From Eledone cirrhosa (lineage: Eukaryota), in NCBI GenBank assembly GCA_964016885.1, contig OZ024740.1:85312001-85376000 (forward strand): DNA of 64,000 nt. Direction: 5' to 3'. Below are positions 1 through 14,209 of the stretch, piece by piece (within the stretch, counting starts at the first letter, position 1; each line of letters begins with the position of its first letter). A model generated the notes under the pieces. It searched no databases and was not told the DNA's origin. It saw nothing but the letters and a program-made list of their open reading frames with translations. A program made the position numbers and the translations under genes.

Positions 1-27
1 GTGTGGCGGGATTTGAACTATGATCTG

Positions 28-152
28 AGATCCCGCCGAGGTTAACTTTGCCTTTCATCCTTACGGGGTCGATAAAATAAAGTAAAATAAAATAAAGTAT
101 CAGTAATACGCTGATATAATTGCTGGCCTTGTGCCAAAAGTAGAAACAATTA
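28..152 (+). mobile_element. tRNA-derived SINE family A (Nin/Deu-domain-like core), 5'-truncated
   Basis: Core CCGCCGAGGTTAACTTTGCCTTTCATCCTTACGGGGTCGATAAAATAAAGTA and tail GGCCTTGTGCCAAAAGTAGAAACAATTATT; recurs more than 15 times in the window. Confidence 0.85.
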
Positions 153-310
153 TTTCAAGTCTTTATACATAAGGAGAAACCTGTGTGGTGTGTGTGTGGT
201 TGACGGCTGAGAGAAAAGAGTACTCAATACTGAAGTACCCTGTGATAAACACCCGAGACTCCGGAGTAACAAGACTCATTATTTAGCTTTAATAAAATGA
301 AATATATATA

Positions 311-364
<54 letters not shown>

Positions 365-511
365 CTGGCGATGGAAAGAAGAGGTTAGAAGCGCTTGCGA
401 GAAATCGAACCCCCACCCCACATCTCTCAGATGCCGAGTCACATCTCTACTCTCAAATCACATTCTTAAAATTGGATACACTCGAAAATGCAGTCCTGTG
501 CATACATTGAA

Positions 512-695
512 TTAGCAGTATAGGTAGAGAGTCGGAAGCCATGCTTTGCAGCATAGAGTTACAGCCCTTTACGGTCTGAGTTCAAATCCCGCCGAGGTTA
601 ATTTTGCCTTTCATCCTTACGGGGTCGATAAAATAAAGTACCAGTAATGCACTGGGATAATTGCTGGCCTTGTGCCAAAAGTAGAAGCAATTATT
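512..695 (+). mobile_element. SINE family A, near full length
   Basis: A-box-like start (TAGCAGTATAGGTAGAG), B-box GAGTTCAAATCCC, same core and tail as 28-152. Confidence 0.88.
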
Positions 696-1269
696 CTAAA
701 ATAAAATAAAAACCCCATTAAAACACAATATAAGATGATCACGATTGTTACACCGGTTGAAGGATAAAAATAACTATACCATTGGTCACAATGGTTTAGT
801 CCTGCTTTCAGTACTGGTTGACCAGATGATCAATGATTTTGCAGTCGTAACCATTCTATAGTCTTATTTGATCTGAGGGAAGAAATTTAGTGGCTATTTA
901 TAACAGGTTGTGTGACAATATAGAATCTCCCTAGCTAGCTGATTTTGGCGACAGGAAAATTTAGATATACTAGAATTTTTTTCCATACGCTGATGCGTAT
1001 GTGTATGTGTGTGCGCGTGTGTATATGTGCATATGGATACATTTATATGCATGAGTTTATAAATAGAAACGTGCAAACTCAGACACACTTCCCCTTCTTT
1101 CCTTTTACATACACATACATTCACGCAGGCAGCAGACGTAAAAAGATAGGAGTAGTATGAGGTAGTCAAACTACTCTCTCTTTACGTGTTGTGACAGAAT
1201 CGCAGACATTTATATATAGATTACGTTCTATGATTCCTACAGAATTAAAAAATATATTACAAACACACT

Positions 1270-1585
1270 AAAGGGTAAAGTTCCATTTTGATCATGAAGG
1301 ACCATGGGATTTGCACTTAGAAAGTTCCCCTCCGGGGTACAAGTCTGGACAAGGTTGTTTGTGGTAGATCAGCAGTCGCCCATGCATAGCTGACTCCCCT
1401 CTCCAGGCCACCGATGTTGTCCAATGGCTGTTACAGCTTTGCACCAGTGACGTTGAAACTCTTTTCAGCTTAGTGAAGATACAACTGGAGCAACGATTGA
1501 ACCACTAAACCAGAGAGAGGACATAACGCACTACCCGGTCCAAGAAAAGAACTCACAACCTCTCGATTGCAAGCCCAACGTTACG
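1270..1585 (-). mobile_element. SINE family B (tRNA head, RTE-like tail), diverged
   Basis: Similar to 8320-8570 and 18690-18900 (ACTGGAGCAAC...GGACATAACGC...CACAACC...AGCCCAAC). Confidence 0.6.
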
Positions 1586-1715
1586 AAAATAAAACATACC
1601 TGCTGTGTTGACAGGTTTCTCTACTTGTCGTTTGTGGATAAAAATTTGGTTCAAATCTCTATGACGCCAAATATCTATGACGTCAAATCATTATGACGTC
1701 ACAATAATAGAGAGA

Positions 1716-2316
1716 TAATTCTTTCAGGTAAAAACAAATAACGAAACGAAATTAAATTTCGTTTCGTTTGTAACTCACTTTTGTATGACTGACGCTTAAA
1801 CAATTAAGTTAAAGATGTACATCCATATATGTATACTGAAATACTAGTATGTATATGAATACACACACGTATACATATGTAGATGTACCAAGTTTCGTTA
1901 TTTGTTTTTATCGTCTCCGTTGAACCGGTACTTACTCACACTCTGTGCGGATTAGTCTGCCCACTACTAATTTTCATAGAAAAAGCATATAACGATATGT
2001 GCTTTTACGATTCTCTAGAGAGGCCGGAAGATAGGTAAATATTGCTGATGAGTTGTAACAACAACGAAACTAGTTCAATATTCCTTGTCTGGCTTTCTGG
2101 AGAATAGAGGAAAGGTGTTTCCTCAAAAACCAGTATGACTCTAAAAACCGGTTTGTCTGTGTGTTTACATACAGAATAGCTGGCCACTCACAGTAAAGTG
2201 ACCAGTAAAAAAACTTGGTACATCTACATATGTATACGTGTGTGTATTCATATACATACTAGTATTTCAGTATACATATATGGATGTACATCTTTAACTT
2301 AATTCTTTCAGGTAAA
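1716..2316. mobile_element. Non-coding HHR-bearing fold-back element (retrozyme-like / non-autonomous PLE) with 17-bp TSD
   Basis: TAATTCTTTCAGGTAAA at 1716-1732 and 2300-2316; 1802-1893 is the inverted copy of 2213-2304; 1730-1747 is the inverted copy of 1892-1909; HHR at 2038-2082. Confidence 0.85.
2038..2082 (+). ncRNA. Minimal type-I hammerhead ribozyme
   Basis: Stem I AATATTG/CAATATT; CTGATGA; stem II GTTG-TAACAA-CAAC; GAAA; palindromic stem III CTAG; cleavage triplet GTT. Confidence 0.88.
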
Positions 2317-2602
2317 TTTGTTGCTTTTTTTTATGAACTTAACTAACATAGAGACAAGGTTAGAAACTTTGTAGAAAGGGAAAATCGTTATATCGATCTC
2401 AGTAGTTGATTGCGTACTTTATTTTATTTTCTCCGGAAAGACGAAAGGTAAAATTAATCTGGGCGGGATAGGTACTAAGAACGTAAAAAGCCATAACTTA
2501 ACATCGCAAAGTATTTTGTCCGACGCTCTAACGATTTTGCCAATTTACACTAATAAATTAAGTTCTCTGTAATTAATGCTTTCTCGATGGCTTAATTCTA
2601 GA

Positions 2603-3139
2603 TCAGGGTTTCCCAACCCTTGCGATTTCAACTGTTGGGTGGGTGATGAGCAACTGAACAGAAAATAGTGTTTCTACTTTTGGCACAAGGCCAGCGATTA
2701 TCCTAGCGCATTACTGGTACTTTATTTTATCGACCTCGTAAGGATGAAAGGCAAATTTAACCTCGGCAGATTTGAACTCAGAACGCAAAGGGCCATAACT
2801 ATGCTGCAAAGCATGGTATCTGACGCTCTACCGATACTGCCAAATCACCGCCCTACTGAACAGAAAATAGTGAGCAATTGGAAGTGTTGGTGGGCGATAT
2901 ATGATTTTGAGTATTTAAAAGGTTTTTCAACATATTCTACCAGAAAAAATAACCAAAGGTGATATGCAAAGAAACCCGTATAAAAAGAATAAACAGGAAG
3001 CTAAATAGGAATAACAAACCAGTAACAAACTTTTACCAAACATTTTTAATGTGCTTTTCAATATTTACTATACAGGTGGGCGGTGGAACATTTTCCATGC
3101 GAAAGTGGGCAATGATGCAAAACAGGTTGGGAACCCTTG
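2603..3139. mobile_element. hAT (Charlie/MER5-like) MITE with a nested SINE
   Basis: TIRs CAGGGTTTCCCAACC / GGTTGGGAACCCTTG; imperfect 8-bp flanks TTCTAGAT/TCCGAGAT. Confidence 0.65.
2671..2853 (-). mobile_element. SINE family A with 18-bp TSD
   Basis: Flanked by ACTGAACAGAAAATAGTG on both sides. Confidence 0.88.
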
Positions 3140-3696
3140 TCCGAGATTAAACTAGATTAACAAAAAAATATCGGTTGTAAATCGAATCAGCAAAATTAAA
3201 AACAGTACACACTAAAATATGTTTCAAATAGTCGTTATGTTTTACTGTGCGAATATAGATATATTACGAAATGGCCTGACTGTTAACGTAATGTAAACAT
3301 GTATACATGTTTCGTCCAAACAGCAATAAAATACATGCTAAGTCGTTTTTGTTAATTTTTGTTTTTCTTCGGAAATGGTACGGGAACACATATTTATTAC
3401 ACAGGTTTGGAAGAGAAATATTGTAATTATTTTGTTTGTTTACAATGATTGCGCAATTGTTTAATTCAGAACCGTTAGCCTTATGTAGTTGAATACATTT
3501 TAACTAATGTGTCTGCAATTAAAGTTTCTGGTAACTTTCACAGTCATGACTAAATTATAAATGATTAAGTTATAGTGTTGGACACTATCAAGACAGATCC
3601 GCTTGGCACTGAGCAACACCCATTGGAATTTTACCAAAATCACAGATCAATGTCATTCAAAAGAGTGTTTTTGAAATAGTTTCAATTATTAGACAA

Positions 3697-3839
<143 letters not shown>

Positions 3840-5854
3840 ATATATATTTATTTATGTATGTATTTATTGTAGAAGGTTATAATTATTGCAATTGCTGTTC
3901 ATCTATTATGAAACTTATGTCGTCTCTGTTTGGTTAATGGTATTGAAGTTGGAACTTCAAAACATTTTTGTCAGAAAAATATAACATTTTTACTTAAGAT
4001 AATCTCAACTAACTATCGTTACATAATTTTATTGCCTTCAAAGAAATAAAAAAATAATTCACTCGACAAAGTTCATGTTCTTAAAACTATACTCCATTAA
4101 CCTATACATTTCATTGTTGTACACGGTAGCAGCACAATAAAATCACTATTTTCGTTGTTATTTTTAGTTTACAATGCTTAGTTTAACACTTTTAATACTA
4201 AACCAAGGCGACGAATTAATAGAGTCTTTAGAATGCATTGCGTAAATTGGTAAATTCATCCCCATACGTTTTACCCAGAGAGTAAATACTGAACATAAAT
4301 TCAAGTTTTTATTCGCAGTGTAGGCGGCGAATTTGCAGAGTCATTAACAGTTCGGATGGAATGCTTTGCGGTATTTGTTTCGTCTCTGCGCTCAAATACT
4401 GCCGAGCTCAACTTTACCTTTCATCCTTTCGGCTGTGCTAAGATCTGGAGAGCTATAGGCTTCACCAGGTTTTAAAAAGTGTCCAAAACACCGTATGTCA
4501 TTATGGAAGAGTTATATGTCCATGCGTACAATAATACTAAACCATCTGAAACTGCTCCTGGTTCTATGACACAAAACTGTTTGTTTTAAAATGTTTATAT
4601 TTACCTAAAACTAAAAAAATCATCCATCATAAAGGACCTTTGTTAAGTTATATTTTACATACCAGCTTTATAGCAAGCGAAAGATGTTGCTAGTTTACTA
4701 AATCCTTAATTAATTTGTTTTCAAAATTAATTGAAATACGGCAAAGAAAGGGTTACATATTTCACGTAATTTTAGCTTAGATACCCTATAGTTATCAACT
4801 GTATCCCAACAGCTAATTGCTTAAAGAATAGTTAATCCAATTTAGCATAATATCTTCTTTTACTTTAAAAACAACTGTGGTACACGACTCCCTTTTCTAT
4901 CGTAAATCTATCACCGGATCACATTTTGTCTTGAAAACTTATTAATAACTACCATTTTTATGTCAATTGGTCACTGCTTAAATTTAGTTATTGTAATATA
5001 AATACTTTATATCAATCACTCTTTATTTAGTAAATTTTATTCCGCAAGACAAAATCTTAAAATTCTTGTATTTCTATTGGGGGTGGTGGTTATACCACCA
5101 ATCAAGGCATACGCACCGAGTGAGTTTCACTTGAGTTTTATTAATCAAATACTAATTAGTTGATCACCCAATCAATTAATTAATTAATTATCAAAGTCCT
5201 TCCACCACAGCCTGTGGCCTGATCGATGGCTATTGCTCTTCACCCCCACTTAACCTTTTCTTCCTCTTTCAGGGCGTTAATGAAGTCAGTAATACCAGAC
5301 ATGATATATGAGATGATTTTTAATAGAAAACTTGTAGTGAACAGCCCATTTTTTGTTTCGTTTCCTTTTTTTACCATAGCATATACGTTTCCAGAAAACA
5401 TCAGCCATTAAGTTCTTGAGTGATTATTTTTTCATGTCATATCCAGGTAGACATAAATCTTAGCATATCTAGAGATGGGAGAAATGAAAAGTATGATGAA
5501 TATTTCCTTACCTAAAAAAACATAAATGAAATGAAAACATATCAACGACCAGAAATCGAAACCAAGTTGTAGACTTGACTTCCTAGTAGCTTATATTCTT
5601 CTCTTCAATGTCGTCAACTGTCATATATCAAATATGGATGAATGATACGTTAAAAGCCGGATCCACCGTGATTATTCCCACACAGCTATAAACATGGTAA
5701 AATAATTTAAGTACTGTCGACATGTGAAAATAATATACTTGACAAAGAAATGTTGATGTATTAACAATAGAATGGGTGTTTCTTTTAATCACGCTTTTCT
5801 CTCAAAACTATGTTTTAGCCAGCTGAAGTACAAAAAACTACATTTTATGACTGC

Positions 5855-5929
<75 letters not shown>

Positions 5930-6669
5930 TATCATTTAGTAATTATCTCGGGTAAACTGAGAGATTTTCAACCGCTTTCAGCTATCTAATCACCTCAACA
6001 GCCAACACTACTGATACTAATACTGGTATGCAGTGTCTAAAAGTTTCCCTTTCCATCACGATCTCTTATTCCCTTCCTTCTCACAGACATAATCATGGAA
6101 CCATACATACCTACACTCGAGTAGCACTTTCTTCACTCACGCTGCTTCGTTACTTGAGACGACGAAACCTTCATATTCCAGCAATTTTTCATATTCTGGC
6201 ATTAACAAAAGCTCTACTCTTACAATTAAGTCCTGAATGTGATTTAACATATGTTATTGCCAGGAATGTGGATAAGAAAACCACAAAGCCATTTTTCGGC
6301 GAGGTCACTATGATATCAATAACTTACTTTGTCAACACAATCTAAAGAAATGCTTCATTTTGAGGCAATAAGAAAATATTTTCACCAATTTTTTTATAAG
6401 ATTCCACATTACTGAATTCACTGGAATCCTCATATACTATGTTTCAGACATAGTGTAGAGTTGTGATCAAGATTTTTTTTTATTTGCTTTTTCATTCTTC
6501 TTCGTACAGAACGATATATATACGACGAAATATTTTTGGTTGTTTCAAATACAGGGTGAGTCACAAGTAATCAGGCAGTCAAACATTTATATTCCAAATA
6601 TTTACTAAAATTCTGGTCACACAGTACGAAATTATAAATACATCAAACAGAAGTTAAAAAATATACAAT

Positions 6670-6860
6670 GATTTCTACTATAGACACGAAGCCAGCAATT
6701 TGTGGGGAGGGCAAAGTCGATTAAATCGACCTCAGTGCATTACTGGTCCTTTATTGTAGCGAGCCTGTAAGCATGAAAGGCAAAACTAACCTCGGCAGGA
6801 TTTGAACTCAGAATGTAAAGGGCCATAACTCTATGCTTCGAAGCATGGTATCCGATGCTA
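6670..6860 (-). mobile_element. SINE family A
   Basis: Reverse-complement core GATTTGAACTCAGAATGTAAAGGGCCATAACT. Confidence 0.8.
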
Positions 6861-8319
6861 ATATAATGAAAGTAAGTGTTCGAGAAGCTCTATCAAGAAC
6901 ATAATAATATACCCGTCAAGACAAGTCGACATTGACTATCCGGTTACTTATGACTCACTCTATATATGATTTGGTTGTGGTACACCAGGCCTAAGATCGC
7001 CAAGAATTATTTTTATTGAAGAATTTCTTCACAAAAACTTTACGAAGTTTTCGAAATAAGTCTTTATCTCTTTTATTTATGACATTTGACAGAACAGTTG
7101 GTACATTTTCATAGTTTCTTATTAATTTCAGCTTATTAAACTTTGGCCCACTTAACATTAAAACTAAATAGGGTTGATAATTGGTGTTGTTCATTACACG
7201 ACAAATGCCTATATGTTCAAGTTAGAGTGAGAAAGGAAAGAGAAATGGGAGTTAGGAAAGAAACAGACAGTATGTAAGAGGAAGAGCTTTAAGGATTCGG
7301 GGGGGGGGGGGGGATTATAAAGAGAAAAAGTAAAGGAAAGAATGATATAATAAATAGATACATATGAGAGAAGAAAGTGTGTGTGTGTGTGTTTCAGAAA
7401 CTGTAAAACTAGAAACAAAACTACGTAAACTGATCTCTTTTTTTTTGTAAAACAAATATGGTCGTATGCCCACTTAAATATAGAACAGTGTTTGCAACAC
7501 CTTTTTAGACTACCATCCCCTTATATTTCATAAAGTCGATAAAAAAAATTATACATTGAAAATTAAATGTGAAGATTTTAAAACTAATTACATTTAAGCA
7601 TTTATTGAATAAAGGTGACAATTTTACTAGCAACTACTAATTTGTATTTTCCCCTTTCCTATTCCTCCATTCTATTTTCTAACGACCGTCTACCACTCCC
7701 TTGCTTTCCTGTGCTCCACCCACCTCGAGTCACCCATCACTCCTAGGAACGCGAAAGGGCCTACTTTGGAAATCGCTCATGTAGAACATTCATGCACAAG
7801 GCATTGTTTTGTATGTTATCTGATTCAATAGCCGTAAGCGGAAATTTGAATAACATTAACAAATTTACATCACTTGTTGAGTCACTTGGAAATTGAAAAG
7901 CTTTCTGTAAATGAATATATAGAATCGTTAAATGAAGTTTCATAACGTGGTGTAATCTTTAAATCAATTCATGGGCCCTGAACAGCTGTTTTCTTCGAGA
8001 GAAGAGGAGAGAGAGGGGGGGGGGTAATTGAGTGAGAAAGAGAAATAATTGACTCTAGTACTGAACAGATTGATACGTTATTTATCGATCTCGAAAGGAT
8101 AAAATGCAACGTTGATCTCAACAGAATTTTAACTCAGACCACAGAAAACTGGATTGAATACCGCAAAACATTTTATCTGGCGTTTTAACGACTCTGTCAA
8201 TTTACCGCCTTAACCGTTAAATGTGAGACAATGTATTTATAGGATATTTTACATTTCTTACATGGTTCGTGGCGGTTCCACTTTTATAGAGAATATTTAA
8301 ATATAACGAAGTTTAAAGT

Positions 8320-8570
8320 CTGTCTCGAATCCGGAGCCTCATCAGACTGGTGCTTATCTCAGTTTCCATGATGTGAAGCAACTGAGAGTAAAATAATCCT
8401 CCTTGGATAGAACCAGTCCATCGCAGGGTTAAATCCCCAGTTACTGCTGGCACTCATTTTCAGCAGAGTATACTAGAGCAACGTGAAATTAATCCAGACC
8501 AGGAATCGAACCCACAACATTATGATCGTAAGTCCAACACTCTTGCTATTAGGCCACGCATCTCCACAAA
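8320..8570 (-). mobile_element. SINE family B
   Basis: tRNA-like head on - strand (GGAATCGAACCC on +), CCATCGCAGGGTT...CACTCATTTTCAGC core. Confidence 0.65.
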
Positions 8571-8849
8571 GGGCATTGCATATTTAAATAAAAGCATCTG
8601 TCTTAATGTACAGACCTCCAAAGAAGACTGCCTGTGGTCATTCATGTAACATTCTTACTAGAAATAGTGGCCAATATCTCCATAAAACTACACGGTATCA
8701 TCTTAAAAACAAAGGAAAGATACATTATACAATATTTCTTCGATTTACTGTTTGAAAAAATGGGATAGCCACAACTGGAATGGCTTTAATCATTGGTCCA
8801 TTTAATCAGAGAAAATTGGGATTAAACAACAATTCACTACTCGCTAAAT

Positions 8850-9049
8850 ACGAAGGTTGGCTGAAAAGTACATAGGCTGACCAAGATACTCTCATGGAAT
8901 GACCAAATGAGGTTTATTTTTCAACATAGTCCCTGGGAAGAAACATTGTAGTTATTAATAAGAAGAGTTGAAATTAATGCATGCAAGATTTCACAGCTCT
9001 AGAATCAATCCTTCATAGTCAGCATATGAACTTTTCAGCCAACCCTCGT
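8850..9049. mobile_element. Mariner-derived MITE
   Basis: TIRs TACGAAGGTTGGCTGAAAAGT / ACTTTTCAGCCAACCCTCG; shares its end with the mariner remnant at 17615; copies at 34705-34922 and 43478-43678. Confidence 0.8.
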
Positions 9050-10175
9050 TCTTTGACTATTATATATTTCTGCCTTTAGTATAGCATACTTTAGAGAGAA
9101 AACAAAGTGAACCAATCAGAATTATTTAATATAAGATTTTGAATCATAAAAGAAAAACATTGAATAAAACATATGAAACTGTAGAGCTAAAAGGTCCCAC
9201 CGGATATAAAGCAATTTAATTGTTTAAAATATATTTAAAATAGATTAAATTAAGCAGCTGTTGAAATATCGAGCACTTAGAAAAGTTAATATACACACAT
9301 CCATATATATATTATGCATACACAAACTACTCATACATATCCACACAAAAAGCAACAACATATTTTATTGAATAAACAGCACAGCATTCCTTGAAGATCA
9401 TGATAGTCTGAAAATTTGTTTGATGTGTCGTTGAAATATCTAAACTATAATAAAGTAAGGAACGCGGGACTGCGTACGGTTTATAATTTTTTATCCCATT
9501 AGTCAAATAAGTTGGATTACTTTCAATAAATAATGAATGAATATTACATAATTTATCTACTAAATTTCGTGGCTATTCATTAAATATATTTTATAACTTA
9601 TTTAAAGATTCACTCCTTTAAAATGTTCAAATGTCAACACTTCCGGTTAGCGATCGTTTAAATAAATATTCATATATTTCCGTCACTAATTTCTCCTAAT
9701 GCAGTTTATATATAATATCGTCTTTTTTTAATGTATCATGGATTACGTTACTGATTACATAAGACAGTGTAACGCAGTCTTCGTTCAGTTTCTGTGTATA
9801 TTGTCAATTACGATTTTATTTCATGTATCATATCTACATGCATATATACTTGCGTATAATATCAATATACACACTACACATGTTAGCAGAAAACCACCCG
9901 AATGGTGGTTTTTCTGCTAGTAAAAGTAATGCATGTAGTGTGATAGGTTGTTAATTATCTATTTACGTCATTGATCGTTCGTCTAGCCGAAGGTCGGAGA
10001 AAGAATTCCGTTTATTATTATTTCTTTGGAATGTAATGCAGACATATGTACATTCCAGTGATGGGATAAGAAGTCGAATTAACAATTATGAGTGCCAAGC
10101 CTTTGAGGCTCTACAAAGCTATGTCTCGACCAGAAATCTACTTATATTTGGAACTACATGTCTAAATATGTATAT

Positions 10176-10176
<1 letters not shown>

Positions 10177-10229
<53 letters not shown>

Positions 10230-10252
10230 GTCATCGTAATCATCATTATCAT
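10177..10252. repeat. (CAT)n microsatellite
   Basis: Direct reading. Confidence 0.95.
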
Positions 10253-11259
10253 CGGTTAACGTCCATATTCCACGTTAACATGGGTTGGACGGTTATATAT
10301 ATATATATATATTTAATGAACACACATATAAATGGATATTGAAGGATTTTAACTTGAAAGATAACTCCAATTAATGTTGTTTTTTATGACATGACTCAAT
10401 GGGCTTATATTGTAGGGCATGGAGAGTGAGATGTTTGCACCTTACTCGGAGGTACTAATGGAGGACATGCGAGAAAATGGCTTCAACCAATTACTCTGCT
10501 CTAAATATAGAAAAAATGAAAAGACAATTACTTTAAGAACAATGCCAAACATTGTGTCAGTAAGGGATATAGTCGAATGAATTGATAATGTATCCATTCC
10601 AACGAGAGGAGAGGTAAGTCGACTCCAAAACTATTTTAACTCAGAAACTTCTAGATTAGAAGGATGAAATTAAATACTTTATTTCATTTTGGGTTGTATG
10701 TATATGTTCACTTATAAGGGCGCCATCGTGACACTTTAAACTTAGAACCCACCCCTCTCCAGGTTTGAACAGAATTGATTTCTTCCAGATAAGGAGAGAG
10801 AAGAAGTGAGAAAGAGACATGGAGGAAGAATCGACACCCAGTATTAGAATAGTATTGCTTTTATTGACTCCAAAATGATAAAAGTCAAAGATAACCTCGG
10901 GAGTATTTGAACACAGGTCACAGAAAACATTCTATTTGACGTTCTAACGACGTCATCAATTTGCTGCCTTTTCATTTAATCTAAACATAATGAAAATTAA
11001 TGTATGATTTCTAAGATCGTCACAATTCCAACATTTTGTAAAGGTGGGAAATAGTCTATTAAATTCAGCCCAGTTCTTGATTGGTATTTATAGCCGCACT
11101 AGCAGAATGAATATAGAAGCATAACGAGATCTGGATTCAAAACGTAAAAATAGACTTAATAGTCCAGCATTCTTTCACTTGGCAACCCACCAATATTTTT
11201 TTAAATAAACAAAAAGCATAATTTCTGAGTTGTGTTTGTTTGGCAAGCGACTCGATTTA

Positions 11260-12140
11260 AGATCGTGTGTTGAAACTGAAGCAATTACATCATGGAAAAG
11301 GCATTTTAGCCATTGTCTGGTACCTGAGTGGCTTGCTTGAGTCTGTCGTTGTCGACTTTCAGCAAGTCACCCCAGTCATATCGTTCCTCAGACTTTATAT
11401 CAATTCGTTCAAGTCAGAAGTGATAAATATGAGCTACGGTGAAACTGAATTTCAAGACGCTGTACACATCATCCAACCTGTTCTGGCTTGAATATGGCTT
11501 ACACTAAAAAAGTATACCTACATTCTCGGGTCTCCAATCCTCTCAAAAAACACAGGAGAGGAAACCAAGTATGGAAACCAAGATTGGAAACCAAGTATGC
11601 TGGCATGACGAGAATGACGGAGAGATTGCGCCTCAGTGACGTGCATTCTTCTATCTCAGGAACTATTTTTTCTTCCCCAAACTCGTCTTCACGAGGTTTA
11701 GGGTGCCTTGTAAGCCTCACACGGATTGCCACCATTCGACACTATGCGAACTCATCTGCAATTTTAGTGAAACTCCCTGTGTAATTCTGTTGCCTCGGTC
11801 TCCAAGTTTCTTTTGACCTAACACTACTGGCCTATCTCTTCTTAAGCTCTTACAGCTGTACACACACCAGCAATGTCCTCCGCAATTCGACAGAACCTGA
11901 CATAGACCGGAAACTGGAGTTTGTTCTGGCCGAGTGAATTGATGAAGGCCTCGCTGTCCCATGTATGCAGACGTCCAATGCAATTGGAACGACATCAGCT
12001 TTAGGTCAGCCTTCAGGCAAATCGAGTCTTCCTTGGACCAACACCGTTCCGGCTGCATCTGTTCTGCCTTACAGCCGGCTTCTCGTCACAACAGGAGCCA
12101 TCTGGCCTCTACCGTCGTGACTTTAAGCGCCCAGATAATT
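11260..12140 (+). mobile_element. Degraded non-LTR retrotransposon 5' part (APE endonuclease remnant)
   Basis: GC-richer block with frameshifted APE-like motifs in the expected order: ETK, 'SSRGLGCLVS', 'LTAVHTP', and a GDFNA-like CGTGACTTTAAGCGCCCAGATA at about 12116. Confidence 0.5.
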
Positions 12141-12719
12141 CTCGTTCTACGCCTCGAAAGGATGAAAAGCAAAGTTAAACTGGGCGAAATTTGATATCAG
12201 AATGCAGAGAGCCACAACGTATTATAAACTGACTCTCTAACAACTCTGGCAATCGGCCACTATATGATTAATATAATCAAGTAATGAATTAACATATAAT
12301 AGAAATCTATATGCAAGTCTAATGTATTTAGTTGTAATTTAGAAAGCTTTAAAGATTAAATAAAAACAATGGAATTGATAATTTGATTGATTACACTTGA
12401 AGGAGTGTAAATACTTTCATATTAATACGCAAGGTTTATATTCTATTTTTTTTTTCGCTGGTTGTTTTAATGATCTTAGTTCGTTGATGTAGAAGCTTAA
12501 CTGATTAACATAAACATTCTAATTACAGTTTTTGCAGTTCCGGAATCAAAATCTGCTTAACTACTCACAACCAACGACAAACTCATGTTTCTTTCTTTCT
12601 ACTTTTCATTGCATTATATACGTATGTATGTATGTGACCACCCTCGTATAGAACAATGAGAGTAAGAACACATGAAGGTAAACAAGCACAAGGTTAAATA
12701 AAAATAAATACTACTCCAT

Positions 12720-13136
12720 TATGTAAAAGTAAACACCGGAAATATGAGTTTGCATCTGCGCATGAAAACTATTGTGAGCGTTTTAGCGAAATTGATAGAT
12801 CTAAGAAGAAGTGGTAAAGAAATGGAGGAGTAGTAATTATTGATGTCGAATTGGATAAAACGGTAATGTTCCTTGTTGCATATGCCGTTGAACCAATCAA
12901 TCACCGCGAAAGAATTGTTCCACAGTGCAAGAGGGGCCAAGTTTCTAATTTCAGGTATAATTCTATCCTTTTACTAAGTCTACCTAAATCGTACTTCGTA
13001 GGGTTAATAAGCCAACTAGAGGGGTTGTTCAGAAAATTGGATTTGTGATCCTTCAGGGTAAAGTGGGGAGAAACAGGGTCCAGAGGATCAGTCCGGTCCA
13101 TGATGTTGAGATCAGAGGTGATTTTAAACCCACCAT
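12720..13136 (-). mobile_element. PLE reverse transcriptase fragment (same group as the 58-59.6 kb element)
   Basis: '[32 protein letters not shown]' and 'FIQFDINNYYSSIS' match the RT at 58879-59571; abuts a (TA)n tract. Confidence 0.85.
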
Positions 13137-13237
13137 CATATACATATATACATATATATATATACACACATACACACATATATATATATATATATACATA
13201 TATACATATATATATATATACACACACACATATATAC

Positions 13238-13348
<111 letters not shown>

Positions 13349-13409
13349 CACACACACATTATATAGAGATGTCGACATGAATGGACTTGTTATTTTTATC
13401 TAAAGACAT

Positions 13410-13765
<356 letters not shown>

Positions 13766-13910
13766 GTATAAAGTGAAACAATTTGGCGCAATTTACTAGT
13801 CTGGGAGCGGTCCACAGCCAGAGGCGTAGAATATTGAATTACATTGAATTTCTCTACGTGAAATGAATATTCCCTGTATTCTTTGTTTTTATTAACTATA
13901 TAAGGCCACC

Positions 13911-14004
<94 letters not shown>

Positions 14005-14209
14005 CACACACATATACATACATACATACATACATACATACATACATACATACATACACGCATACTTACATAGAGGCATGTGTAAATTTTGTATGTGTTC
14101 TACTTTTTGGCTTCTATAACCTTAACTCCCAATTTAGTATTTAATAGTTCTAACGTACGACCGTACCTGTATATGTGATATTTCACATGGCTGTATAGCA
14201 GTATAGCAA

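Noticed and set aside
512-600. tRNA genes at A/B-box motifs
   Set aside because: These are SINE heads fused to core and tail sequence, with no full cloverleaf
11267-12194. Cluster of ORFs as a host gene
   Set aside because: Motifs are scattered across frames and fit a decayed LINE endonuclease better
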